A DNA stretch of 45,052 nucleotides from Actinomycetota bacterium (GCA_036389535.1 DASVPT010000216.1:1-45052), one strand, 5' to 3'. Shown: positions 17,699-26,584, counted from the first letter of the stretch. Numbers and translations: made by a program. The notes: generated from the sequence alone by a model not told the origin.

Positions 17699-17743
17699 GC
17701 ACCGGCCTTTTTTCCGGCGGTTGATACAGACGTGAGGAATTCG

Positions 17744-18019
17744 TTACAGCGCGCGGCGCTGACCGCCGGGTTCGCTCCAGTGGTCGCGTTTGTTCATCCG
17801 CTTGACCATTCGCTCGTCCCATCCGTCGTGAACGGGGACGTCGAGGAACCGCGCCGCGTCGTGGGCGGCGTCCTCAGATGGGAAAACCCCACGGTTCCAG
17901 TTCCCATCGAGATCGATGAGGATGAGGTCGAACGTGTCGATGCCGCATCGCTGAACGACGGCCTCGACGTCGGAGTGCATGGTGACGAACACCCTGAGGT
18001 CTCTGGGTATCCGGGCCAT
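17744..18019 (-). CDS. Hypothetical small protein (91 aa).
   Basis: The ATG at 18019 has a GGGGAG motif 11 nt upstream. It lies 22 nt downstream of the proS stop and is followed by the terminator at 17637-17667. I recognise no motif. Confidence 0.5.
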   Translation of the reverse strand: MARIPRDLRVFVTMHSDVEAVVQRCGIDTFDLILIDLDGNWNRGVFPSEDAAHDAARFLDVPVHDGWDERMVKRMNKRDHWSEPGGQRRAL

Positions 18020-18041
18020 CAGATGCAGAACTCCCCCGTTG

Positions 18042-19751
18042 TCATGGCGCCTCGCTCAAGAGCTGAACGGCCGATTCGGCGGCGTCGGCGAGCGGGACCT
18101 GCCGGCGCTCACCGCTGGCTCTGTTCTTGAGATCGACCTGGCCCGATTCGATTCCCCGCTTCCCGATCACGACCTGCACGGGATAGCCGATGAGGTCGGC
18201 GTCGGCGAACTTCACGCCGGCCGTGGCGTCGCGGTCGTCGAGCACCACCGTCAATCCCTTCGCCGCGATGTCGCTGTACAGGCGCTCGGCGGCCTCGACC
18301 ACCTTCGGGTGATCCATGTTCGTGGGGATCACCACGGCGTCGAAAGGTGCGATGGCCTTGGGCCACCTGAGGCCCGAGTCGTCGTTCCACTGCTCGGCGA
18401 CCGCGGCGATGATCCGGGATACCCCGATCCCGTACGAGCCCATGACGTACGGCTGTTCGGTTCCATCCTCATCCACGAACGTGGCCTTCATGGCAACCGA
18501 GTAACGAGTCCCAAGCTGGAAGCAGTGACCGACCTCGATGGAGCGACGGATTTCCAGCGGCGACCCGCACCGGGGACAGGGGTCTCCTTCGCGGACCCGA
18601 GCGACGTCCTCCCATCGGTCGACCGTGAAGTCGCGACCCTCGTTGACGCCGGTGGCGTGGTGGTCGATCTGCCCGGCGCCGGTGATCCAGTTGTTTCTCG
18701 CACGGACGGAGCGATCCGCGATCACGGTGACGTCTTCCGGAAGCGCCTGCGGTCCGACGTATCCCTTAGGCAATCGGTACGCCTCGAAGTCCTCGTCGGT
18801 GAACATCCGAACGGGCGCGGGAGACAGGATCCGGCCGAGCTTGCTCTCGTTGATCTCTCGATCTCCCGGGACCAGCACCGCGACCGCGGTGCCACCGGCG
18901 TCGTAGAGCATGCACTTCAGCATCTCGTCGGCGCGTCGGCCCACCAGGCGAGCGACGTCCTGAATCGCGGGGCTCTCGGGTGTGTGGACGAGCTCCACCG
19001 CCTCGGGCTCGGCGTCCGAAGCCGCCTCGGGCTCCTTCGACGACCCGACCTCGACGTTCGCCGCATAGTCGCAGTTCGGGCAGAAGACGAAGAGATCCTC
19101 TCCCACCTCGGCCGGAGCCATGAACTCCTGGTTGACGTCCCCGCCGATGAGTCCGGGGTCGGCTTCCACGACGTGAAAGGTCAGGCCGCAGCGAGAGAAC
19201 ACTTTCTTGTACGCCTCCACCATCGTGCGATAGGCGACCCGCAGCCCCTCGACGTCGCGGTCGAACGTGTACGCGTCCTTCATGAGGAACTCTCGCGCTC
19301 GGATGATCCCGCCGCGGGGCCGGAGCTCGTCGCGGTACTTCCACTGGATCTGGTACAGGTTCACGGGAAGATCGCGGTAGGAGGTGAACTCGCCCTTCAC
19401 CACCTCCGCGAAGAACTCCTCGTGGGTCGGCCCGAGGGTGAGGTCGCGCCCGCCGCGATCCTGCAACCTGAACATCTCGTCGCCGTACAGCGCCCATCGG
19501 CCCGACTGCTTCCAAGGCTCGGATGGGAGGATCGCGGGCAGCCGGACCTGTTGGGCGCCGGCCGCATCCATCTCCTCCTGGACGATTCGCTCCACGCGTT
19601 GCAGGGTTCGCATCCCGAGGGGGAGCATGGCGTAGACGCCCGCCATCACCTTGCGGACGTAGCCGGCGCGCATCAAGAGCTTGTGGGAAGCGGCTTCGGC
19701 TTCGGCCGGGGCGTCCCGAAGCGTCCGCACGAACAACTTTGATGCTCGCAT
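18042..19751 (-). CDS. proS: Proline--tRNA ligase (bacterial type with INS editing domain).
   Basis: 569 aa with class II aaRS motifs, ProRS-like throughout (MRASKLFVRTLRDAPAEAE..., RPRGG..R.REF.MKD.Y.F). A C-terminal anticodon-binding domain is present. Confidence 0.96.
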   Translation of the reverse strand: MRASKLFVRTLRDAPAEAEAASHKLLMRAGYVRKVMAGVYAMLPLGMRTLQRVERIVQEEMDAAGAQQVRLPAILPSEPWKQSGRWALYGDEMFRLQDRGGRDLTLGPTHEEFFAEVVKGEFTSYRDLPVNLYQIQWKYRDELRPRGGIIRAREFLMKDAYTFDRDVEGLRVAYRTMVEAYKKVFSRCGLTFHVVEADPGLIGGDVNQEFMAPAEVGEDLFVFCPNCDYAANVEVGSSKEPEAASDAEPEAVELVHTPESPAIQDVARLVGRRADEMLKCMLYDAGGTAVAVLVPGDREINESKLGRILSPAPVRMFTDEDFEAYRLPKGYVGPQALPEDVTVIADRSVRARNNWITGAGQIDHHATGVNEGRDFTVDRWEDVARVREGDPCPRCGSPLEIRRSIEVGHCFQLGTRYSVAMKATFVDEDGTEQPYVMGSYGIGVSRIIAAVAEQWNDDSGLRWPKAIAPFDAVVIPTNMDHPKVVEAAERLYSDIAAKGLTVVLDDRDATAGVKFADADLIGYPVQVVIGKRGIESGQVDLKNRASGERRQVPLADAAESAVQLLSEAP

Positions 19752-19768
19752 TCGCTAGAGAATAGGTG

Positions 19769-20263
19769 ATGCAGATGACCAGAATTCTCTACTGGGTCCT
19801 CGTGTTCGCCCTGGTGGCGTTCGGCTCGGTCGCCATCTTCAGCATCGGGGCACCGTTCCTTCTGATCGGGTTGACCCTGGCCGTCCTGGCGCCGTTTCGA
19901 ACACAGTCCCGCGTGTTTTGGCCGGTTCTGGCCGGTGTGGTCGGTTTCGTCGCCGGCTACATCCTGGTGACGCCGTTCTCCTGCACCGCCACCGCGCGCG
20001 GCTCGGCCACGATCGGCGGAGGGTCTCCTGGGGCGATCCCCCAACCGGCCCAGACCACGTGCTCGAGCGCGATCGGAATCACCTATCGAGGAGGCGATTC
20101 GTACAACCCACCGCCGTGGCCGGGATTGCTGGCCGGGCTCTTCGCCGGAGCCGGGATCGCCGCCGCGACGCGTCTGTTCATCGTCCGCCGGGAGCGGCCG
20201 ACGACCCCATGGAGCGACGAGCCGCCCGAACCCGAGCATCTCGACGAAGGTCCCTCATCGTGA
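19769..20263 (+). CDS. Hypothetical integral membrane protein (about 4 TM segments).
   Basis: Hydrophobic segments include ILYWVLVFALVAFGSVAIF, FLLIGLTLAVLAPF, WPVLAGVVGFVAGYILV and LLAGLFAGAGIAAATRLFIV, with a Cys-containing loop between them. Candidate starts are GTG 19766, ATG 19769 and ATG 19775. Confidence 0.6.
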   Translation: MQMTRILYWVLVFALVAFGSVAIFSIGAPFLLIGLTLAVLAPFRTQSRVFWPVLAGVVGFVAGYILVTPFSCTATARGSATIGGGSPGAIPQPAQTTCSSAIGITYRGGDSYNPPPWPGLLAGLFAGAGIAAATRLFIVRRERPTTPWSDEPPEPEHLDEGPSS

Positions 20264-20823
20264 CCACCGACGAGGAGCTTTGGGCCGTCACGATCGGAGA
20301 GCCACGCGTCCACGACGGACCCATCGGCCTCGCGGACTCCGACCCCGCGTGGCCAGCGATGTTCGAACGAGAGGTGGCTCGAATATCTGCGGCGCTCGGT
20401 GAGAGAGCGCTGTTGATCGAGCACGTCGGGTCGACCTCGGTCCCCGGGCTCGCGGCGAAACCGATCATCGACATGGTCATGGTGGTTCGCGATTCCAGCG
20501 ACGAGGCGTCCTATGTCCCGGCACTGGAGCGCGGGGGCTACACGCTTCGAATTCGAGAGCCCGACTGGTTCGAGCATCGCCTGCTCAAGGGTCCAGACAC
20601 CGATGTGAACCTGCACGTCTTCTCTGAAGGCTGCCCCGAGGTGGGACGGATGCTTCGCTTTCGCGACCACCTCCGGACGGACCCTGCCGATCGGAAGCGG
20701 TATGAGGAAGCGAAACGAGAGCTCGCCGCGAGGAACTGGAAATACGTCCAGAACTACGCAGATGCCAAAACCGAGGTGATCGAGGAGATCTTGACGCGGG
20801 CCTACGGCGCGACCAGGGCCTGA
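20260..20823 (+). CDS. GrpB family protein (nucleotidyltransferase-fold domain of unknown role).
   Basis: It has a GrpB-like signature, HVGSTSVPGLAAKPIIDMVMVV, and FRDHLR...Y...K. The GTG at 20260 overlaps the upstream stop (GTGA). The listed ORF from 19918 overlaps the membrane-protein gene. Confidence 0.75.
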   Translation: MTTDEELWAVTIGEPRVHDGPIGLADSDPAWPAMFEREVARISAALGERALLIEHVGSTSVPGLAAKPIIDMVMVVRDSSDEASYVPALERGGYTLRIREPDWFEHRLLKGPDTDVNLHVFSEGCPEVGRMLRFRDHLRTDPADRKRYEEAKRELAARNWKYVQNYADAKTEVIEEILTRAYGATRA

Positions 20824-20827
20824 GAGA

Positions 20828-22090
20828 TCAGTTGAGGACCGTGTCGCCGCGTCGAAGCGGAACCCCTGAGCGGCCGCCGTCGCTTCGAACCGCCAGAACC
20901 TGGTGGATCTGCGTTCGGCCGGCTGCGAAGTTTCTCGCCGCCCCGGACATGTACAGCCTCCAGATCCGGTAGCGCGCCTCACCGACCAATCGCACGGCGT
21001 CCTCGCGGCTGGCTTCCAGGTTCCTCACCCAATGCCTGAGGGTGAGCGCGTAGTGCTCACGGAGACTCTCCACGTCTCTGACCTCCAGGTCCGCCTTCTG
21101 AATGGTGCTCACCACGGTGCCGACCTCGTGCAGCTCCCCATCGGGGAACACGTAGCGCTCGATGAAGCTGTTCTTCCGAAACCTCGAGACCGGCCCGGGG
21201 GGCCGGGAGATCCCGTGGTTCAGCAGCCGGCCCTGTGGCCGGAGGAGCGCGTGAAGATGCCGGAAGTACTGCGACAACCGCTCCGCCCCGACATGCTCGA
21301 ACATCCCGACGCTCGAAATCGCGTCGTAGGGCCCGTCGTCGACGTCGCGTTCGTCCTGAACTCGGATCGATACGAGGTGTCCCACGCCGGCTTCCGAAGC
21401 ACGCTTCTCGGCGAGCTCCGCCTGCGGTTCCGACAGGGTCACGCCGACCACCCGCGCGCCGAAACGCGAAGCGGCGTGAATGGCCAGCGTCCCCCATCCG
21501 CACCCAACGTCGAGGAGCCGCTCCCCCGCTTGCAGCCGGAGCTTTCGGCAGATCAGCTCGTGCTTGTCGCGCTGGGCGTCCTCGAGCGATGAATCGGGTG
21601 AGGCGAAGTACGCGCACGAGTAGGTCATCGTTGGACCGAGGACTAGCCGGTAGAAGTCATTCGAGATGTTGTAGTGGTGGGCAATGGCGGCGGCGTCTCG
21701 CTCTCTCGAATGCTTCCCGCCCCGAAGGCGCGCCTCTTCGGGCGGCGGCGCCAGCCGGAGCGGCCGCATCCCGCCGGCCGAGATGAGCGCTCGGGCCGCC
21801 ATGGTCATGTCGGCGGGTCCGAGGCGAATCGCCGGGCGCTCGTCCCCCAACGCCAGCACCGCGTCGAGGTCGCCTTCCAAGTCGATCTCTCCGGCGACGT
21901 AGGCACGGCCCAGACCCAACTCACCCGGCGCCGTGAGAAGCCGGCGCAACGCTCGGGGCGAACGAACGATCACGCGCGCGGATGCGTCTGTGGATCCGAC
22001 GAAGCTCCCGTCCCAGAACTCGAAGCGAACGGGGCCCGCCTCGCCGGCCAGGCGATGGATCAGCGGCCGAAGGGCAGAGGCGGCGTTCAC
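20828..22090 (-). CDS. Cyclopropane-fatty-acyl-phospholipid synthase family SAM-dependent methyltransferase.
   Basis: 420 aa with a CMAS-like layout: HYNISNDFYRLVLGPTMTYSCAYF, SAM motif I LLDVGCGWGTLAIHAA, and MFEHVG. The GTG start lies 3 nt after the ispG stop. Confidence 0.88.
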   Translation of the reverse strand: MNAASALRPLIHRLAGEAGPVRFEFWDGSFVGSTDASARVIVRSPRALRRLLTAPGELGLGRAYVAGEIDLEGDLDAVLALGDERPAIRLGPADMTMAARALISAGGMRPLRLAPPPEEARLRGGKHSRERDAAAIAHHYNISNDFYRLVLGPTMTYSCAYFASPDSSLEDAQRDKHELICRKLRLQAGERLLDVGCGWGTLAIHAASRFGARVVGVTLSEPQAELAEKRASEAGVGHLVSIRVQDERDVDDGPYDAISSVGMFEHVGAERLSQYFRHLHALLRPQGRLLNHGISRPPGPVSRFRKNSFIERYVFPDGELHEVGTVVSTIQKADLEVRDVESLREHYALTLRHWVRNLEASREDAVRLVGEARYRIWRLYMSGAARNFAAGRTQIHQVLAVRSDGGRSGVPLRRGDTVLN

Positions 22091-22093
22091 GCT

Positions 22094-23200
22094 TTATTCC
22101 TTCGGAGCTCCGGCGGCTTCCAGCTCCTTTTGGTGCGCGATCTTCTCGGCCTCCGCCACCACAACCTCGACGATCTTCTCTTCGGGGATGCGATGCTCGC
22201 GCACCTCGCCGCCCACGATCAGCTGTCCGTAGCCCTTGCCGGCGGCGATCCCCAGATCCGCCTCGCGGGCCTCACCCGGGCCGTTTACGACGCAACCCAT
22301 GACCGCGACCCGGATCGGCGCCTTCAGACCCTTCGCCTCCAGCGCGGCGTTGACCTGCTTCGTCAGACCGAGAACGTCGACCTCGGCCCGGCCGCAGGAG
22401 GGGCACGCCACCAGGTCGAGCCCCCGTTTCTTCAGCCCGAGCGATTGAAGGATCCAATTGCCGACCTTGACCTCTTCCACCGGGTCGTCCGTGAGCGAGA
22501 CGCGGATGGTGTCGCCGATCCCTTCCGCCAGGAGCGTCCCGATTCCAACCGCGGACTTGACCCCGCCGGCGGGCATGGGCCCCGCCTCGGTGACACCGAG
22601 GTGCAGCGGGTAGTCGACCTTCTCGGCGAGTATTCGGTACGCCTCGATCATCTCCCGAACGTTCGAGTGCTTCACCGAGATCTTGATGTCGAAGAAGTCC
22701 TCGTCCTCCAGAATGCTCGCCTCGTGGAGCGCGCTCTCGACCAGCGCTTCGGGGGTTGGCCGGCCGTGCTTCTCGAGCAGATCTTTCTCCAGGGAGCCGG
22801 CGTTCACACCGATGCGGATCGGCACCCCGCGGGCCTTCGCCTCCCGCGCGATCAACCGGACCTTGTCGTGATATTTGATGTTTCCGGGGTTGATGCGGAG
22901 CCCGTGAATCCCGGCCTCTAACGCTGCCATGGCGTACTTCCACTGAAAGTGAATGTCGGCGATCACGGGAACCGTCGCGTGGGCGGCGATGCGCTGAAGG
23001 GCTTCGGCATCTTCCCAGTGCGGAACGGCAACCCGAACGATGTCGACGCCGGTGGCCACCAGCGCCGCCATCTGCTGGAGCGTGGCGTTGACGTCGGACG
23101 TCCTGGTGGTGGTCATCGACTGGACCCGGATTGGAGCGTCGCCGCCGAGCTCGACCCACCCGACCTTGATCTTCCGGGACATCCTGCGGGGAATGGGCAT
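22094..23200 (-). CDS. ispG: 4-hydroxy-3-methylbut-2-enyl diphosphate synthase (flavodoxin type).
   Basis: It is GcpE-like throughout ([24 protein letters not shown] Fe-S cysteines, GCVVNGPGE). I place the start at the ATG at 23200; 23182 is an alternative. The longer ORF reaching 23467 overlaps the kinase gene. Confidence 0.93.
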   Translation of the reverse strand: MPIPRRMSRKIKVGWVELGGDAPIRVQSMTTTRTSDVNATLQQMAALVATGVDIVRVAVPHWEDAEALQRIAAHATVPVIADIHFQWKYAMAALEAGIHGLRINPGNIKYHDKVRLIAREAKARGVPIRIGVNAGSLEKDLLEKHGRPTPEALVESALHEASILEDEDFFDIKISVKHSNVREMIEAYRILAEKVDYPLHLGVTEAGPMPAGGVKSAVGIGTLLAEGIGDTIRVSLTDDPVEEVKVGNWILQSLGLKKRGLDLVACPSCGRAEVDVLGLTKQVNAALEAKGLKAPIRVAVMGCVVNGPGEAREADLGIAAGKGYGQLIVGGEVREHRIPEEKIVEVVVAEAEKIAHQKELEAAGAPKE

Positions 23201-23237
23201 CTCAGCTCTCAGTATCCCAGCCAGAGGAAGCGCGATC

Positions 23238-24620
23238 TTAGTCACGAGGCACCGGCAACTCGAACGAGAACGTCGCGCCCTCCCCCACCCTGCTCTCGGC
23301 CCAGATCTTCCCACCGTGCGCCTCGACCACCGACCGAGCGATGGCCAGCCCAATTCCGGTCCCCCCATCCCGCCGTGATCGAGCCGGGTCGGCGCGATAG
23401 AACCGTTCGAAGACGAGCGGGAGATGTTCGGCCGGAATGCCGGGTCCAGTGTCGTGCACGGAGACACGAACGTGGCCGTTCTCCTTCGCCGCTCGGACGG
23501 TCACCTCGCCGCCGGGCGGAGTGAAGCGATACGCGTTGTCCAGCAAGTTGAACAGGACCTGGTGGAGCCGTTCGGAGTCAGCTTCCACCGGGGGGAGGTC
23601 CTCCGATACTTCGCTTCGCACCTCCACCGTTCGGTCCGGGCGGCTCGCGGACACGTCGTGGGTCACTCGCTGGACCAGGGGTCCCAGCAGCACCTCCTCG
23701 CGCGCCAACGGCACGGCCCCCGACTCGAGCTGAGACAGATCGAGGAGCTGATCGACCAGCCTCGACAACCGCTCCGATTGCCCCAGCATGACCCCGAGCA
23801 ACTGCTGGTTCGGCTGCTCCACGCCGTCGAGGAGGTTTTCGAGGCGAGCGCGGAGCGCGGAGATCGGTGTCTTCAGCTCGTGGGAAACGTTGGCCACGAG
23901 GTCATGCCGGAGGCGTTCCACTCCCTCCATCTCCCCGGCCATCCGGTTGAAGGCCGCCGCGAGCTGCCCCACCTCGTCGCGGCTTCGCACCTCGACGCGC
24001 TGCCGATAGTCCCCCCGCGCCATGCCTCCGGAGGCCTGCGCCATGTCACGCAGCGGTTGCGTCATCCCGCGGGCCAAGAACCTGGCGAGTCCGAGAGCGA
24101 TGAACGCGGCGATGGCGCCGGCCAACAGGAGCTGCCACCAGACGGTTCGAACGAAGGTGGCGGTTCCCTGGATCGCTCCGGCAAGACCAGCCCCCTCCAT
24201 CGGCTGCGCCAGATAAATGCCCCCCACCACGATGCCGTCGCGAATGATCGGCACCCCGATGTATTCCTGACGAGACAACGTTCCGGTGTCGACGTAGCCC
24301 GCAAGGATCCGCCCCACCGTTGAGGGCACCGGGAGATCGCCGACGAGCCGTTGTCCCACCGCATCGACCACGACGACCCGGTTGGGAACTTGGTGGATGG
24401 CGGCCAGCAGCGGCGTCGACGGCCGGCCGGTAACGTCGAATCCGAGCGCCGAGATGGCCCGGGCGGTGATGAGCAGCTCGCGAAACTCCCGGTCGCGCTC
24501 GTGGCGACGGAACGCGAAGCCGACCGCCACGTACATGATCAGGATCGTTACCGCGACGGCAAACACGATGACCGAACCGAGCTTGGCCCGGATCGACGGA
24601 AGCCGGTCGAGCGGCCGCAC
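23238..24620 (-). CDS. Sensor histidine kinase (2 TM, periplasmic-type loop, HAMP, HisKA, HATPase_c).
   Basis: It has the H-box [12 protein letters not shown], the N-box LLDNAYRF, and G-boxes DTGPGI and [13 protein letters not shown] domain follows TM2. Confidence 0.92.
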   Translation of the reverse strand: MRPLDRLPSIRAKLGSVIVFAVAVTILIMYVAVGFAFRRHERDREFRELLITARAISALGFDVTGRPSTPLLAAIHQVPNRVVVVDAVGQRLVGDLPVPSTVGRILAGYVDTGTLSRQEYIGVPIIRDGIVVGGIYLAQPMEGAGLAGAIQGTATFVRTVWWQLLLAGAIAAFIALGLARFLARGMTQPLRDMAQASGGMARGDYRQRVEVRSRDEVGQLAAAFNRMAGEMEGVERLRHDLVANVSHELKTPISALRARLENLLDGVEQPNQQLLGVMLGQSERLSRLVDQLLDLSQLESGAVPLAREEVLLGPLVQRVTHDVSASRPDRTVEVRSEVSEDLPPVEADSERLHQVLFNLLDNAYRFTPPGGEVTVRAAKENGHVRVSVHDTGPGIPAEHLPLVFERFYRADPARSRRDGGTGIGLAIARSVVEAHGGKIWAESRVGEGATFSFELPVPRD

Positions 24621-24625
24621 GTCCG

Positions 24626-25342
24626 TCAGCTCGAGCCGGCCCGGACCGGCGCGGTCACGTCCTCCTTGAACGCGTACCCCACGCCGTGGATGGTCCGGAC
24701 GTACTTCGGCTCCGCCGCCTCATCGCCGAGCTTCCGCCGGATGCGAGCGACGTGCGAATCGACCACGCGACCGCCCGCGTAGTCGTGGTATCCCCACACC
24801 TTTTCCATCAGCTGATCGCGACTGAACACCACGCCCGGAGCGCGGGCCAGGGTCAGCAAGATCTCGAACTCAAGGGGGGTGAGCGGAACCTCCTCGTCTC
24901 CCTTGACGACGCGCCGGCGGGCAGCGTCGACGATGAGGTCGAACCGGGTGAGCGATTCGGTGGGGGCGATCTGCTGAATGCGCTCGACTCTCCTGACGAT
25001 GGCTCGAACCCGCGCCACCAGCTCTCGCATGCTGAATGGTTTCGTCAGATAGTCGTCGGCTCCGACGGCTAGACCGGCAACCTTGTCGGCCTCCTCCGTC
25101 CTGGCGGTGAGCATCAGCACGGGGATCCAATCGTTCTTCTGGATCTCCCGACAGACTTCGAGCCCATCCATTCCCGGGAGCATGAGGTCCAGGATCACGA
25201 GGTCGGGCCGCTTCGCCGCGACGGCGTCCAGCGCACTCGGGCCATCGAAGACGGCGTCGACGTCATATCCCTCGCTTTCGAGACGAACGCGGACTGCTTC
25301 GGCGATGGCCGACTCGTCCTCGACGACCAGAATGCGTTTCAT
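24626..25342 (-). CDS. OmpR/PhoB-family response regulator.
   Basis: The receiver domain shows VVEDE, DLVILDLMLPGMDG and TKPF. The C-terminus is a winged helix (PLTPLEFEIL..., RTIHGVGY). Confidence 0.93.
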   Translation of the reverse strand: MKRILVVEDESAIAEAVRVRLESEGYDVDAVFDGPSALDAVAAKRPDLVILDLMLPGMDGLEVCREIQKNDWIPVLMLTARTEEADKVAGLAVGADDYLTKPFSMRELVARVRAIVRRVERIQQIAPTESLTRFDLIVDAARRRVVKGDEEVPLTPLEFEILLTLARAPGVVFSRDQLMEKVWGYHDYAGGRVVDSHVARIRRKLGDEAAEPKYVRTIHGVGYAFKEDVTAPVRAGSS

Positions 25343-25433
25343 ACGTTCATCGTAGTCGCGGACGTGTTGGCCGCTGGGCGCCGTGAATATGGAGAAGCTG
25401 TGGTGTTACCCGTATTCGCGCGCGCGGGTCGTG

Positions 25434-26558
25434 TCAGCGGAACGGATTCGGGGCCGGCTGAACGATGTCGATGTACGTCAAGCTGACAACCAACAGAATC
25501 ATGAACGCCGTGACCACCGCCGTGAGCGGAATCAGCTTTCGAAGATCCGGCCGGCGCCGCCGGACCTTTTCGTAGACCAGAACCGCGAGGTGTCCGCCGT
25601 CGAGTGGCGGAAGCGGGACCAGGTTGATGATCCCGACGAACACGTTGAACACGACCAGAAGATCGAAGAGGTAATCCCACGCACCCGCGCGGGCGGCCTC
25701 TCCGGCCAACCGGGCGCCTCCCACGATGCTGGATGGATCTTCCACGGTCCGTTCGCGCGACCCGATCAACAGCTGACCGATCTTCTTGAGTCCGCTCAGC
25801 CCGAATACGTCGTCGAGTCGCACCACGATCGCCTTCGTGAGCTCCCCGACCTGTGTGCCCGCCTTCCCGAACGCGGCGATGGGATTTTCTCGTTCGCGCA
25901 CTCCCCCGAGGACCACACCCATTCGGCCAACTCGCTGTGTGCCGACTTGGGCGAGAACCGGCGTCAGCTCGACGGTCATCCGGCGTCCATCGCGGTCCAC
26001 CGTGAGGGAGATCGGCCTCCCGACGTGCTGTCTGGTGTAGGCGATGAGCCGGTCCCGGGATCCGACAGGTCCTCCGTCGACGGCGACGATCTCGTCGCCG
26101 GGCCGCAACCCCGCGACGGCAGCGGGTGACTGCCGCCCGTCCAGAAGCGGGTCCACCGCGTCGACGAGCGGACGCTGTTCGCTGGGAAGCCCGATGGCCG
26201 CAAAGAAGATCGCCAGGAACACCACGGCCATGACGAAATGCGTGACCGGTCCGGCGGCGATGACAATGGCTCGCTGCCAGATCGGCTTGGCGGTGAACAC
26301 TCGCGGACGATCATGCTCTGGCGTCTCCTGGAACGGGTTCATCCCGGCGATTCGGACGTATCCACCGAGGGGAAACGCCTTGACGCCGTATTCGGTTTCA
26401 CCACGCCGAAACGACCAGAGCCGCGGACCGAAGCCGACGAAGAACTCCTCGACCTTGATCCCGAACGCCTTGGCGCTCAGAAAGTGGCCGGACTCATGAA
26501 CCAACACGGCGACCAGGATCGCCACGACGAACACGAGGACGCCGAGCCACTCCGCCAC
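25434..26558 (-). CDS. rseP: RIP (site-2) zinc metalloprotease, M50 family with PDZ domain.
   Basis: It has the HExxH motif (VHESGHF), a PDZ-like segment (GLRPGDEIVAVDG) and the NLVPLPPLDGGH motif. I prefer the GTG at 26558 with a GGAAGGGG Shine-Dalgarno 8-9 nt upstream. The track ORF extends to 26627, overlapping dxr. Confidence 0.9.
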   Translation of the reverse strand: MAEWLGVLVFVVAILVAVLVHESGHFLSAKAFGIKVEEFFVGFGPRLWSFRRGETEYGVKAFPLGGYVRIAGMNPFQETPEHDRPRVFTAKPIWQRAIVIAAGPVTHFVMAVVFLAIFFAAIGLPSEQRPLVDAVDPLLDGRQSPAAVAGLRPGDEIVAVDGGPVGSRDRLIAYTRQHVGRPISLTVDRDGRRMTVELTPVLAQVGTQRVGRMGVVLGGVRERENPIAAFGKAGTQVGELTKAIVVRLDDVFGLSGLKKIGQLLIGSRERTVEDPSSIVGGARLAGEAARAGAWDYLFDLLVVFNVFVGIINLVPLPPLDGGHLAVLVYEKVRRRRPDLRKLIPLTAVVTAFMILLVVSLTYIDIVQPAPNPFR

Positions 26559-26584
26559 TCTTGAAGCCCCTTCCGGAAGAGCTG

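Noticed and set aside
17701-17722. The hairpin CACCGG-CCTTTTTT-CCGGCG considered as a plus-strand terminator or T-rich element.
   Set aside because: The T run is in the loop rather than after the stem. No plus-strand gene ends nearby. On the minus strand there is no U tract after it.
17979-19742. A 587-aa plus-strand ORF antisense to proS.
   Set aside because: It is an antisense shadow of a canonical class II aminoacyl-tRNA synthetase gene. It has no independent coding signal.
25417-25426. An alternating (CG)5 run in the rseP / response-regulator spacer, with Z-DNA potential.
   Set aside because: It is short, unremarkable in high-G+C DNA, and not repeated elsewhere in the window.
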